Source: Verrucomicrobiales bacterium (lineage in GTDB: Bacteria > Verrucomicrobiota > Verrucomicrobiia > Limisphaerales > JAYPEY01). From it: a stretch of DNA of 64,000 nucleotides. Numbering within the stretch: the first letter of the stretch is position 1; each line of letters starts with the position of its first letter. Position numbers and translations under genes: made by a program. The stretch lies in NCBI GenBank assembly GCA_038126235.1, contig JAYPFK010000035.1, forward strand, positions 7,982-71,981. The letters run 5' to 3'. Under the pieces are notes generated by a model, which did not search any database, was not told the DNA's origin, and saw nothing but the letters and a program-made list of their open reading frames with translations. Below are positions 39,564 to 50,171 of the stretch, piece after piece.

Positions 39564-40438
39564 TGGAGAAGCTGATTTCCAAGGCGTCCGTGTTGCTGGA
39601 GGCTCTGGCCTACATCCAGCGGTTCCGCAGCAGGACCTTTGTCGTCAAGTATGGCGGCAGCTTCATGGATTCGCCGGACCCCGAGGTGCGGACGGGCGTC
39701 GCGCGGGATGTGGTGTTCCTGGAGGCGGTCGGAATCGATCCAGTGGTCGTTCACGGCGGGGGCAAGGCCATCTCCAGGGCGATGGAGGCGAGCGGTCTAC
39801 AGGCGAAGTTCATCGAGGGGATGCGCGTGACGGACGAGGAGATCGTCTCGGTGGTGGACGACACGCTTTCACGGAAGATCAATCCGGAGATTGTCGAGAC
39901 CATCAACAATCTGGGAGGGCGGGCCCAGGGGTTTTCGGGGACGGAGATCTTCACGTGCGAGAAGTTCGAGCCGGTGGGCAAGGACGGGAAACCGAACGAC
40001 ATCGGATTTGTGGGGCAGGTGACCGGGGTGAACACGGAGCCGCTGCTGGAGTGCATCGCGAACCACGTGACGCCGGTGATCAGTCCGACCGCGCTGGGGC
40101 CGGACGGCAAGGTCTACAACTGCAACGCCGACATTGCGGCGGCGCAGGCGGCGATCGCCCTCAAGGCCAAGCGCCTGGTCTTCATGAGCGATGTGCCGGG
40201 GCTCATGCGGGATCCGGAGAATCCCGAGACCGTGATCCCGCACCTGCGGACGATCGAGGTCAAGGGACTGAAGGATTCAGGCATCATCGCGAAGGGGATG
40301 ATCCCCAAGGTGGACAGCGCCGTGGAGGCGATTCACTCCGGTGTGACCAAGGTGTCTTTTGTCGATGGGCGGGTGAACCACTCGGTGTTGCTGGAAATCT
40401 TCACCGACGAGGGCGTCGGAACGGAGGTGGTGCTGTGA
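39560..40438 (+). CDS. argB: Acetylglutamate kinase
   Basis: VVKYGGS, VVVHGGGK, GMRVTD, NCNAD, GMIPKV. Confidence 0.97.
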
Positions 40439-40475
40439 AGAGCGTTCCGCGGATTGAAACGCTGTAATTCGAGCC

Positions 40476-41741
40476 ATGGGCGAAACGGACAACAGACTTT
40501 CGGCCGGGGGGATCCGGGATCTCTTCAAGCAGCATGTCGCGCCGACGTATGGGCGGTTCGATCTCGTGTTGGAGCGGGGCGAGGGACGCCACGTCTGGGA
40601 CGTGGACGGAAAACGGTATCTCGACCTGGGCTCCGGAATCGCGGTCTGCTCGCTGGGGCACGCGAATCCCGAGATCGCCGACGCCATCTCGGCGCAGGCG
40701 CGGAAACTGGTCCACGTCTCCAACCTTTATCACTACGAGACGCAGGCGCGTCTGGCGGAGCGGTTGGCCGCGGCTGTCGGCCCAGGCAAGGTGTTCTTCT
40801 GCAACAGCGGCGCGGAGGCCAACGAGGCGCTTTACAAGCTGGCCCGGAAGTTTGGCCACGAGGAAGGTCGGTTCGAGATCATCACGGCGGCCAATTCCTT
40901 CCACGGCCGGACGCTGGCAGGCATTGCCGCGACGGGGCAGGACAAGGTGAAGGTCGGCTTCGAACCTGCCGTGCCAGGATTCAAACAGGTTCCCTACAAC
41001 GACCTGGCCGCGGTTGAGTCGGCGATTTCTCCCGCAACGGTCGCGGTGTTGATCGAGGGGGTGCAGGGCGAGGGCGGCATCACGCCGGCGACGCCCGAAT
41101 ACCTGCTTGGCCTGCGGAAACTGTGCGACGAGCGAAACTTGCTGCTGCTCTGGGACGGCGTGCAGTGCGGGCATTTCCGGACGGGGAGGTTTCAGAGTTT
41201 TCAACGGATTCTCGACGCCGTCGAAGGCGGCGAGGACTTCCTGCCGGATGGCATCTCGATGGCGAAGTCGCTGGGCGGCGGCTTTCCCATGGGCGCGGTC
41301 TGGATCCGCGGACCGCACGCCGACGTGCTGGGACCCGGCACGCACGGAACCACCTTTGGCGGGACGCCCCTGGCCTGCGCGGTGGGACACACGATCCTGG
41401 ATGTGGTGGAACGCGACGGTCTGGCGGACCGGGCGCGGGAGCTGGGAGCCCTTTTGAAATCGGAGCTGGAGCGGATGGCGGCGAGGTTCGCCGGCGCTAT
41501 CAAGGCGGTGCGAGGACTCGGCCTGATGGTGGGCTTCGAGTTCGCGGAGGACGCCGGGGGATTTGCGCACGGTTCGCCGAAGTCGATCCAGTTCGTGAAC
41601 CGGCTGCACGAGGCGGGGTTGTTGACCATTCCTTCCGGCGCGGCCGTGGTGCGGTTGCTGCCGCCGTTGAATCTTGCGGAAGAAGAGGCCCGGGAAGGGC
41701 TGTCCATCATCGAATCGGAACTGGAGAAGCTTTTGTCATGA
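40476..41741 (+). CDS. argD: Acetylornithine aminotransferase
   Basis: FFCNSGAEANE, SFHGRT, VQGEGG, DGVQCG, MAKSLGGG, HGTTFGG. Confidence 0.94.
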   Translation: MGETDNRLSAGGIRDLFKQHVAPTYGRFDLVLERGEGRHVWDVDGKRYLDLGSGIAVCSLGHANPEIADAISAQARKLVHVSNLYHYETQARLAERLAAAVGPGKVFFCNSGAEANEALYKLARKFGHEEGRFEIITAANSFHGRTLAGIAATGQDKVKVGFEPAVPGFKQVPYNDLAAVESAISPATVAVLIEGVQGEGGITPATPEYLLGLRKLCDERNLLLLWDGVQCGHFRTGRFQSFQRILDAVEGGEDFLPDGISMAKSLGGGFPMGAVWIRGPHADVLGPGTHGTTFGGTPLACAVGHTILDVVERDGLADRARELGALLKSELERMAARFAGAIKAVRGLGLMVGFEFAEDAGGFAHGSPKSIQFVNRLHEAGLLTIPSGAAVVRLLPPLNLAEEEAREGLSIIESELEKLLS

Positions 41742-42634
41742 AACACCTGCTGAGCATTGAGACGATGGATTCCGCGGACATGCGGGCGATCCTCACCCTG
41801 GCCGCCAAGCTGAAAGCGGAGCGTGGCGCGCACGCGGAGCAGCCGTTGGCCGGCCAGACCTGGGCCATGATTTTCAGCAAGTCCTCCACGCGGACGCGCG
41901 TCTCCTTCGAGGTCGGCATCCGCGAACTCGGCGGCAGCGTCATCTTCATGGGCGCGCGCGACATGCAGCTCGGCCGCGGCGAGCCGATCAAGGACACCGC
42001 CCGGGTGCTGGGCCGCATGACCCACGGCGCTGTGATCCGGACCTACGACCAGGCCGATGTGGAGGACTTCGCCGCGTATTCCGGGATTCCGACCATCAAT
42101 GCGCTGACCGATTTCTGCCACCCCTGCCAGATCCTGACGGACGTCTTCACCTTTGAGGAACAACGCGGCTCGATCGAGGGCAAGGTCGTGACCTTCGTCG
42201 GCGACGGGGCTTGCAACGTCTCCTCGGCTTGGGTCTTCGCGGCGAAGAAACTGGGCTTCGAGCTGCGCATTGCGGCGCCGAAGAAGTACCAACCCGACGC
42301 TGCCTTGCTGGAGAGGGCCGGCGGAAAGGTGACCTGCCACGAGGACATCAACGAGGCGGCCGAGGGCTCCGATCTGCTCTATACCGACGTGTGGGTCTCG
42401 ATGGGGCATGAGGACGAGTCCGCCCGGCGCATCGAGGAACTTACCGGATACCAGATCAACCAGGAACTGGTCGCGCGAGCGAACGAAGGGGCGCTGGTCA
42501 TGCACTGCCTGCCCGCCTACCGGGGCAAGGAGATCTCCGAGGAGACACTGGAGGCCCACGCGGACACGATCTTCACCGAGGCTGAGAACCGCCTGCACGC
42601 GCAGAAGGCGATTTTGCAATGGATCGTTTCCTGA
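41738..42634 (+). CDS. argF: Ornithine carbamoyltransferase
   Basis: SSTRTRVSFE, HPCQ, YTDVWVSMG, MHCLPAYRG, AENRLH; ATG at 41738. Confidence 0.97.
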   Translation: MKHLLSIETMDSADMRAILTLAAKLKAERGAHAEQPLAGQTWAMIFSKSSTRTRVSFEVGIRELGGSVIFMGARDMQLGRGEPIKDTARVLGRMTHGAVIRTYDQADVEDFAAYSGIPTINALTDFCHPCQILTDVFTFEEQRGSIEGKVVTFVGDGACNVSSAWVFAAKKLGFELRIAAPKKYQPDAALLERAGGKVTCHEDINEAAEGSDLLYTDVWVSMGHEDESARRIEELTGYQINQELVARANEGALVMHCLPAYRGKEISEETLEAHADTIFTEAENRLHAQKAILQWIVS

Positions 42635-42656
42635 TCGCTGATACCCTCTCCCGATC

Positions 42657-43895
42657 ATGTCTACCGAAACCGCAGAGAATCCGACCCAGTCCAAGCCCCA
42701 GCGCATCAACCTGCGTCGTCCCGACGTCATGGAGAAGGTGCAGGCGCAGGTGGAGTCGCATTATCGCAGCCCGCTGATCGACCGGATCCGCGCCAATGGC
42801 GACATCCTGTCGGCGGACGGCGCGCTGACCGTGAAGCTGGCGAAGGAGTTCGGCTTCTGTTACGGCGTCGAGCGCGCCATCGACCTGGCCTATGCCGCGC
42901 GAAAGGTCTATCCGGAGCGGCCGCTCTACATCCTCGGCGAGATCATCCACAACCCTGAGGTGAACGACCAGATCCGCGCCATGGGCATCAAGGCCCTTTC
43001 CGGCAACCAGAAGGACGCGGACACCGACGAGTTGAAGGAGGGCGACATCGTCATCATTCCCGCGTTCGGCACGGAGGTGGAGACCCGGAAGAAGCTCCAG
43101 GAGAAGGGCTGCCAGTTTGTCGACACCACCTGCGGCGATGTGATGAGCGTCTGGAAGCGGGTCCGGCAATACGCCCGGGATACCGTGACCAGCATCATTC
43201 ATGGCAAGTCCTACCACGAGGAGACCAAGGCCACGAGTTCCCAGGCCACGGCAACAAACGGCCATTACCTGGTCGTGCTCACGCTGGAAGACGTTGATTA
43301 CGTCTGCAGCTACATCGTGAACGGCGGCGACAAGGCCGAGTTCCTGAAGAAGTTCGAGGGCTCCTACTCGCCGGGGTTCGATCCGGATGAGCACTTGAAG
43401 GCCGTCGGCGTCGCCAACCAGACCACCATGTTGCGCGGGGAGACGGAAGAGGTGCAGCGGCGCATCAAGCAGGCGATCCAGACGCGCTATGGCGCGGAGA
43501 ATCTGGACGAGCATTTCCGCTTCTTCGACACGATCTGCGGCGCGACCCAGGAGCGCCAGGACGCCCTGCAGAAAATGCTGCAGGAGCCCCTGGACATCCT
43601 TCTGGTCATCGGCGGCTACAATTCCTCGAACACCTCGCACCTGGCCGAAATGGGCGAGGAGAAGCTGCCGACCTATTTTATCAAGAACGCGGCGGAAATG
43701 GCTTCCAGCGATCTGATCCGGCATTTCGACTTGCACTCCCACGCGGAAACCGAGACGCGGGACTGGCTGCCGTCGGGCGCCATCACGGTCGGCGTCACGG
43801 CGGGCGCGTCCTGCCCGAACAACCTGATCGAGGACGTCATCCGGCGGCTCTTCGATCTCAAGGGGGTCTCCGTGCAGGAACTGCTGCCGGTCTGA
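42657..43895 (+). CDS. ispH: 4-hydroxy-3-methylbut-2-enyl diphosphate reductase
   Basis: FGFCYGVERA, EIIHNP, DTTCGDV, DTICGATQERQ, GGYNSSNT, TAGASCP. Confidence 0.96.
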   Translation: MSTETAENPTQSKPQRINLRRPDVMEKVQAQVESHYRSPLIDRIRANGDILSADGALTVKLAKEFGFCYGVERAIDLAYAARKVYPERPLYILGEIIHNPEVNDQIRAMGIKALSGNQKDADTDELKEGDIVIIPAFGTEVETRKKLQEKGCQFVDTTCGDVMSVWKRVRQYARDTVTSIIHGKSYHEETKATSSQATATNGHYLVVLTLEDVDYVCSYIVNGGDKAEFLKKFEGSYSPGFDPDEHLKAVGVANQTTMLRGETEEVQRRIKQAIQTRYGAENLDEHFRFFDTICGATQERQDALQKMLQEPLDILLVIGGYNSSNTSHLAEMGEEKLPTYFIKNAAEMASSDLIRHFDLHSHAETETRDWLPSGAITVGVTAGASCPNNLIEDVIRRLFDLKGVSVQELLPV

Positions 43896-43900
43896 GCGGC

Positions 43901-45082
43901 ATGGCCCGCACGCGTCAGGAATTGGAGCAACTGGAGAGGGAGTTTCTGGCTCCCTACGCGCAGTTTTCCGCGGACACCCGCGGCCGCGCCCACGAGGAAA
44001 GCGGTTCGGACTGGCGGACGCACTTCCAGCACGACCGGGACCGCGTGATCCATTCGCGCGCTTTCCGCCGCCTTGAATACAAGACGCAGGTTTTTCTCAA
44101 CGGCACGGGCGATCATCTCAGGACGCGGCTGACCCACACCATGGAGGTGGCGGGGATTTCCCGGAACGTTGCGCGGGCTCTCCGGCTGAACGAGGATCTC
44201 ACCGAGACCATCGCCCTGGCCCATGATCTGGGGCATCCGCCGTTCGGTCACAAGGGCGAGGACGCCTTGAACCAGCTCATGCGTCGCCACGGCGGCTTCG
44301 AGCACAACCGGCACAGCCTCCGCATCGTCGAGGAACTGGAACGAAAATACCCCGGCTTCAACGGACTCAACCTGACCTGGGAGACACGGGAAGGATTGGT
44401 TAAGCACTACACCAGCTACGATCATCCAAGCCGCCGAAAGGGTTTTGACGCGAAGTCGTCCTCGCTGGAGGCCCAGGTCGCCAACCTTTCCGATGAGATC
44501 GCCTATTACAGCCACGACCTGGATGACGGGCTGGAATCCGGCCTGCTGACGGAGAAGGACCTGAGAAAGCACGTCGGCATCTGGGGCAAGGCGCATCGGT
44601 CCGTGATGCGCGAGCATGGCCGGTTGCCCGACGAAAGCCGTCGCTACTTCATCATCCGGTGCATCATCGACATGCAGGTGAAGGACGTGGTGCGCAGCGC
44701 GGAGGAGCGCATCCTGGCGTCCGGGGTCGCCTCCGCGGACGACGTGCGGTTACAGCCGAAGGGGCTGGTCGATTACAGTCCCGGACGAAGGAGCGAGAAC
44801 CTGGAATTGCGCGACTACCTCTACAAAAACCTCTACTACAATCCCGTCGTGCACGAACCCAACATGCGCGCGGTGAAGCTGTTGGAGGAACTGTTCAAGT
44901 TTTTCGTCAAACATCCGGACCGGATCGGGGAGCCCTTCAAGAGCCGGGAGTCGAAAGACGGCGTGCATCGGGCGGTCTGCGATTACATCGCCGGAATGAC
45001 GGACCGCTACGTTCTCAAGGCGCATGAGAGCTTCGTGCTGGGGCGGGAGAAGGCGGGGGAGGATCTTTTCGTCGGTTATTGA
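43901..45082 (+). CDS. dgt: Deoxyguanosinetriphosphate triphosphohydrolase
   Basis: DRDRVIHSRAFRRLEYKTQV, RTRLTH, AHDLGHPPFGH, DYIAGMTD. Confidence 0.94.
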   Translation: MARTRQELEQLEREFLAPYAQFSADTRGRAHEESGSDWRTHFQHDRDRVIHSRAFRRLEYKTQVFLNGTGDHLRTRLTHTMEVAGISRNVARALRLNEDLTETIALAHDLGHPPFGHKGEDALNQLMRRHGGFEHNRHSLRIVEELERKYPGFNGLNLTWETREGLVKHYTSYDHPSRRKGFDAKSSSLEAQVANLSDEIAYYSHDLDDGLESGLLTEKDLRKHVGIWGKAHRSVMREHGRLPDESRRYFIIRCIIDMQVKDVVRSAEERILASGVASADDVRLQPKGLVDYSPGRRSENLELRDYLYKNLYYNPVVHEPNMRAVKLLEELFKFFVKHPDRIGEPFKSRESKDGVHRAVCDYIAGMTDRYVLKAHESFVLGREKAGEDLFVGY

Positions 45083-45290
45083 GGGTGACGATCGGGGAGA
45101 CTGCCGCGCGTGGGCGACAGTGATTGGCATTCAGATTCAATCACCGATTACAGATCACTGAATACTGATCGCCGACGACTGTCCCACCCGGGGCAATTCC
45201 CGGCCTAATTTGTAATTTGTCCTTTGCAGGCGCCGGGCGTAGTCTGCCGCGAGTTGTCTGAGACCAACAATCCCAACAGGAGAAACACCC

Positions 45291-45833
45291 ATGAGCATCA
45301 TCGACGATTTGAACAAGACCCGACGCCAGGCCCTGCGTGAGGCGAAGAAGAACGCCAAGAAGCTCCAGCGCAACCTGAGCAAGCAGGCCAAGAAGGCGTT
45401 CAAGAAGGGGAAGAAGACGGGCGGCGAGGTCGCCAAGGAGGTCACCGTGAAGACCGAGGCTTTTGTGAAGGTCCTCACCCGCGAAACTGAAAGCCTCTTG
45501 AACAAGGCTTTCGGAGCCATCGAAAAGGTGGCCCATACGGTCGTCGAAAAGACCGAGGAGGGAGCCGAGGAATCCCGCAAGGCCAAGGCGGCGGCGGACA
45601 AGAAGAAGGCCCCCGCAAAGAAAAAGGCGCCGAGGAGGAAGAAAGCCCCCGCCAAGGCGAAGGCAGCGCCCAAGAAGGCGGCTTCGGCAAAGGCCCCGGC
45701 GAAAAAGGCGGCCGCGAAGAAAACGGCCCCCGGGAAGGCGGTGGCGAAGAAGGCCGCCCCCAGGAAGGCCGCTTCGGGAAAGAAGGCTCCGGTTCGTCGC
45801 GTGACCGCGAAGAAGGCCGCTCCCAAGGGATAA
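45291..45833 (+). CDS. Histone H1-like basic protein (helical N-terminus plus AKKA-repeat tail)
   Basis: Repeated KKAPAKK units; preceded by ACAGGAGA Shine-Dalgarno. Confidence 0.8.
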   Translation: MSIIDDLNKTRRQALREAKKNAKKLQRNLSKQAKKAFKKGKKTGGEVAKEVTVKTEAFVKVLTRETESLLNKAFGAIEKVAHTVVEKTEEGAEESRKAKAAADKKKAPAKKKAPRRKKAPAKAKAAPKKAASAKAPAKKAAAKKTAPGKAVAKKAAPRKAASGKKAPVRRVTAKKAAPKG

Positions 45834-45981
45834 TCGGCTTTCGGCCCGGGCGCGTCCCTGGCGTGAGAGTTCCGCGCGCGACGGTTGAATATCTTGACCG
45901 CCGCGCGCGTTCTTTTTGCGGCGCTCACAGCGGATAGAATTTTCTGGCGTTCCCGCCTTCTCCGCCTAGGCTCCGCGTCCT

Positions 45982-47037
45982 ATGAAATTCAAGCCCACGA
46001 TGAAATTCAGTTTTCTACCCGCTCGTGCCGCGTCTCTGATAGCCGGCTTTCTCCTTGGCTCCGCGCTGTCCGGCCAAGCCGCCTCTGCGTTGAGGGACGG
46101 CCTCTACGTCGAATTTGAGACCACGAAGGGCGTCATCCGCGCCGAACTCTATTTTGAGAAGACCCCGTTGACGGTCTGCAATTTCGTGGGACTCGCCGAG
46201 GGCAAGATGAAGACCTCGGTCCGTCAGGGGCAGCGCTACTACGACGGGTTGGTGTTTCACCGGGTCATTCCTGATTTCATGATCCAGGGCGGTTGCCCGG
46301 AAGGCACGGGCCGCGGCGGCCCGGGATATCGTTTCGCGGATGAAACCCGCCCGGACCTGAAGCACGACGGCCCCGGCGTCCTCTCGATGGCGAACGCGGG
46401 ACCGGGGACGAACGGCAGCCAGTTTTTCATCACGCACAAGGACACCCCTTGGCTCGACGGCAAGCACACGGTGTTTGGCAAGGTGGTCGGCAAGGCGGAC
46501 CAGGATGTCGTGAACAAGATCGTCAAGGGCGACTCGATCAAGAGCGTGAAGGTTCTCCGTGTCGGAGCCAAGGCCAAGGCCTTCAAGGCGGACCAGGCCG
46601 CCTTTGACGCCCTGCAAAAGGAGGCCGCGGGAGCGGCGGCGAAGAAGGCCGAAATGAAGGCGAAGGCGGGCAGCGACTTCCTCGCCGCCAACAAGCAGAA
46701 GGAGGGTTGGACGGAGACCAAGAGCGGCCTGCAATACAAGTGGCTCAAGCAGACCGACGGTCCCAAGCCTTCGGCGTCGACGGTCGTCACCGTCCATTAC
46801 CGCGGCACGTTGATCGACGGCAGCGAGTTCGACAGTTCTTACAAGCGGAACCAGACGATCCAGTTTCCCTTGAACCGCGTTATCCCGGGATGGACGGAGG
46901 GAGTGCAGTTGATGTCCAAGGGATCGAAGATCCAGTTGGCGATTCCCTACAATCTCGCCTACGGCCCCGCCGGGCGTCCGCCCGTCATCCCGCAGTACGC
47001 GACCCTGTTGTTCGATATCGAGCTGATTGATTTTTGA
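45982..47037 (+). CDS. Exported dual PPIase: cyclophilin plus FKBP domain
   Basis: [40 protein letters not shown]; then [28 protein letters not shown]; alternative start at 46000. Confidence 0.95.
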   Translation: MKFKPTMKFSFLPARAASLIAGFLLGSALSGQAASALRDGLYVEFETTKGVIRAELYFEKTPLTVCNFVGLAEGKMKTSVRQGQRYYDGLVFHRVIPDFMIQGGCPEGTGRGGPGYRFADETRPDLKHDGPGVLSMANAGPGTNGSQFFITHKDTPWLDGKHTVFGKVVGKADQDVVNKIVKGDSIKSVKVLRVGAKAKAFKADQAAFDALQKEAAGAAAKKAEMKAKAGSDFLAANKQKEGWTETKSGLQYKWLKQTDGPKPSASTVVTVHYRGTLIDGSEFDSSYKRNQTIQFPLNRVIPGWTEGVQLMSKGSKIQLAIPYNLAYGPAGRPPVIPQYATLLFDIELIDF

Positions 47038-47062
47038 GACGTCGGCTTCTGATGGAATCTCC

Positions 47063-47091
47063 AAGGGACCGCCACGTGGCGGTCCCTTTTT
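47063..47091 (+). terminator. Intrinsic terminator after the PPIase gene
   Basis: AAGGGACCGCCA-CG-TGGCGGTCCCTT followed by TTT. Confidence 0.85.
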
Positions 47092-47155
47092 CGTTGCCCG
47101 ACGATCAAGGGCCGCCGCGCGAAGCGCCATGGACTGCGGGCGTGCGGCGTTGCGG

Positions 47156-48649
47156 TCAGTCCTTCTTATCAGCGGCTTGTCGTCGCATGTGCGGATTGAA
47201 CGCCCAACCTGCCAGGATGCCGGCGTAGATCACGACGATCAGGAAGTTCGTGCCTAACCGGGTGTAAGCGTTGGCGGTTTCGTGCGGGATCCGGTGCCCA
47301 AACCAGGGCTGCCAGCGCCAGTTGAGCATGACCAGGGTAAACACCGCCATGCTCCCAAAACAGGTCATGAGCGCGGTGAAGCAGTTCCGCGGATTCCTCA
47401 GGCAGGCGCGGGCGCTGAGCCAGACCGCCAAGGCGGAAAACGCAACCGTAATGGCGAGTCCCGTCCAATCCCCCGCCTGCCAGGACAGGATGTAGAGCCA
47501 CGCGCCTCCGCCGATGACGCCGCCGCCGAAACTACCGTAGATACCCGACTTCGTCAGTTCGCCGGGGGCCTTGCCGATCGAGGCCATGGGCGCGATATAC
47601 GTTCCGTCTTCCTGTTGGATCTGAATCTGGCGGCGGTTGCACCAGGCAACCAGGAAGACCAGGCCGCACACGTAGCCGCATATGACCGCGATCAGGATTC
47701 CGGCGAAGATGGGAGGGTGGTTTCGCGCCAGATCGCGACCGAAGAAGATCAACGCGAGCAGCGCGATTGTGAACAACACGGCCATTCCGACGGCCTGCCA
47801 GGCCACACGAATCATGAACTCCCGTTCGCGGGAAGACCGGGCCGCCTTGATGCCGGCGTGGGCGCCGAACCATGCCCCGGCGATCCCGATGACGGGCCCC
47901 AGAATGGCGCCGCCGATTCCGGTGGAGGCAGCGACGGCTTTGGCGGCGTGGGTTCCTTTCGCCGCGGTGGCGGCGACGCCGGCCACGGCGGCCTGTGGGA
48001 CCAGGTTGGGCAGAGCTGCCAACACCGCGACGGTGAAGGCCTTGCCCGGCCGGCTGGAGGTCAACGTGGTCTCCACCAGTGAAGCCACGCGTTCGCGAAG
48101 CAGTTTGCGCCCCCGGGAAAGACGTTGTTTGACCGCGTCCTGCGACAGGTCGAGAGCCTCGGCGACGCGTTCGACCGATTGTTCCTCTCGATAGAAGAGC
48201 ACCAGCGGTTCCCGGTAGTTCTCCGGGATCTCCTCCAATGATTGCCAGACCAGTTCCGCTTCTTCGCTGGAGACCGCGCGTTCGCTGGGGGAGGGCAGGG
48301 GATCGACATTGTCCTCCAGTTGGTCCGAGGGAATCGCTCCTTCGGTCGCCGCGCGGCGTTCGCGGCGGCGGGCGTTGGCTATCAGGTTGCGCGCGATGCC
48401 GCAAAGCCAGGACTTGAACTTCTCGCGTTCGCGAAGATCCGCCAGTCGGTTCCAGGCCGTGATGAAGGTCTCCTGCGCGAGGTCCTCGCTGCGGGACAGA
48501 TCGCCGTTGGAACTGTAGGCCAGGGAGCAGATCAACCCCTGGTAACGGCCGACCAGGATGCCGTAGGCGTCGCGGTCGCCGGAGCGGCTCTGTTCGAGCA
48601 GTTGGAGGTCGCTCGATTCCGACAGGGGGCTTGGGGCCATGGTGTTCAT
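47156..48649 (-). CDS. ECF sigma factor with a C-terminal multi-TM extension
   Basis: Sigma2 (SEDLAQETFITAW, FKSWLCGIARN), sigma4 (YREPLVLFY..VKQRLSRGR), then about six hydrophobic helices. Confidence 0.88.
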   Translation of the reverse strand: MNTMAPSPLSESSDLQLLEQSRSGDRDAYGILVGRYQGLICSLAYSSNGDLSRSEDLAQETFITAWNRLADLREREKFKSWLCGIARNLIANARRRERRAATEGAIPSDQLEDNVDPLPSPSERAVSSEEAELVWQSLEEIPENYREPLVLFYREEQSVERVAEALDLSQDAVKQRLSRGRKLLRERVASLVETTLTSSRPGKAFTVAVLAALPNLVPQAAVAGVAATAAKGTHAAKAVAASTGIGGAILGPVIGIAGAWFGAHAGIKAARSSREREFMIRVAWQAVGMAVLFTIALLALIFFGRDLARNHPPIFAGILIAVICGYVCGLVFLVAWCNRRQIQIQQEDGTYIAPMASIGKAPGELTKSGIYGSFGGGVIGGGAWLYILSWQAGDWTGLAITVAFSALAVWLSARACLRNPRNCFTALMTCFGSMAVFTLVMLNWRWQPWFGHRIPHETANAYTRLGTNFLIVVIYAGILAGWAFNPHMRRQAADKKD

Positions 48650-48886
48650 CGTTGCCCATCAGGTGGCGGGATGCGACGAAAAGGTGACAAACATTTTTCC
48701 CAATGCGGAATGGGAATTCGGAATGCGAAATAATCAAGGAGCGGCGACATTCCTGTCGCCGTGGCCCCGGAGGGGGACAGAAAAGCGCACTTTGGGCAGG
48801 GAGGCGTCGGGGGTCTTTTGGGGCTGGAGACATGTCGCCCCTCCTTGGCCCATCCGGCGAGAACCCGCCCGGCAATCTCACATGCG

Positions 48887-49996
48887 TCAAGGAGCCGCTC
48901 GCGCTGAGGCTCCTTGGGGCCGAGGCAGGTTGGCAAATCCGGGGGATGCCGCGTGGCGCGTTCCCCGGTCGTCCTTTTCGACAATCAGGGCCTCGGTTCC
49001 CGGCCGGCGGGCGATCAGTTCCAATCCCTTTTTGGCCCCCAGCACGCTGATTGCGGTGGCGAGGCTGTCGGTCGAGGTGGCGTTGGTGGAAACGATCGTG
49101 ACCCCGATGCGTTTGCGGAGTCCGAGGCCGCTCTTCGGATCGACGATGTGCGAGTAGCGGACGCCGTCGATGAGGACGTATTGTTCGGTGTCGCCGGAGG
49201 TGGAGACAGCGGCGTTTTTCAGGAGCAGGGCCTCGGTGAGATCGTCGCCGGTTGCGTCGATGGAGGCGACTCCCACCTTCCAGCCGGATTTTCCCGGGGG
49301 CGAATCGCCGACGCGGATATCGCCGGAGGCCGCGACCAGGGCGCGGTTGATTCCATGCTCGCGCAGGGTCTTCAATGCCTGGTCGGCGGCGTAGCCCTTG
49401 GCGATTCCGCCGAGGTCGATGAACATGTTTGAGGCCAGCAGAGTGACCGTCCCGGCGTCTGGCTCCAGCTGGAGTTTCTCGTATCCCACCGCCGGTCGAA
49501 CCTGCGCGAGGCGCTCGGGATCGGGGAGGGAACGTTGACGGCGGGCGCGGCGCCAGTAACGGATCAGGGGCCCGATCGTGACGTCGAACGCCGCGTCCGT
49601 GTCTTCAGACAGGCGGCGCGAAATCTGCAGGATATTCAACAGATCCGGACTGACCTTGACCGGTTCTCCGACCGGTTTGCGGACGAGGCGGCGGATCTCG
49701 CTGTCCTCGTGGTAGTCGGACATGATCCCGTTCAGTTCCTCGACACGGGCGAACGCAGCCAACGCGGCGCGGTTCGCGGTCGCCTGATCGGGCGCGTAGA
49801 GGGAAAGGGTGAAAAGGGTCCCCATCTCAGGGCGGGTGGCCTCGAAGAGTTGGAGTGTTTGGGGCTCGGGCGTTGTGCGGCAGCCGGCCGCGAGTAGGAG
49901 GGACGTCAGGACGACAGCAAGATGGGCTTTGGAGACAAGACAGGGCACGCGGAGATCATGCGGCGGGCGTCCTTTGGCGGGAATGATTTTCTGCAT
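48887..49996 (-). CDS. apbE: FAD:protein FMN transferase (lipoprotein); start codon uncertain
   Basis: MGT, AFDVTIGPL, DLGGIAKGYAAD, AVSTSGD, SHIVDPKSG, DSLATA; LAAGC lipobox. Confidence 0.92.
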   Translation of the reverse strand: MQKIIPAKGRPPHDLRVPCLVSKAHLAVVLTSLLLAAGCRTTPEPQTLQLFEATRPEMGTLFTLSLYAPDQATANRAALAAFARVEELNGIMSDYHEDSEIRRLVRKPVGEPVKVSPDLLNILQISRRLSEDTDAAFDVTIGPLIRYWRRARRQRSLPDPERLAQVRPAVGYEKLQLEPDAGTVTLLASNMFIDLGGIAKGYAADQALKTLREHGINRALVAASGDIRVGDSPPGKSGWKVGVASIDATGDDLTEALLLKNAAVSTSGDTEQYVLIDGVRYSHIVDPKSGLGLRKRIGVTIVSTNATSTDSLATAISVLGAKKGLELIARRPGTEALIVEKDDRGTRHAASPGFANLPRPQGASARAAP

Positions 49997-50032
49997 GGAG
50001 CGGCGGACTCGAGCCCCGGTCATTTCGTGAAA

Positions 50033-50106
50033 GGTAGGGCGAACTGCCCTCAGTGAGCCGGGTTGGAGATTCCCGCGTAGGCTCACTGAGGACAGTCCGG
50101 CCTGCC
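50033..50106. repeat. Inverted REP pair
   Basis: ggtagggcgaactgccctcagtgagccg ... ggctcactgaggacagtccggcctgcc. Confidence 0.8.
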
Positions 50107-50171
50107 AAGGACGGTTTGTCATTCTCTCCGCGATGCTTGCGCTAAGGGGCGGGAAGGCGCAGGCTTTAAGC

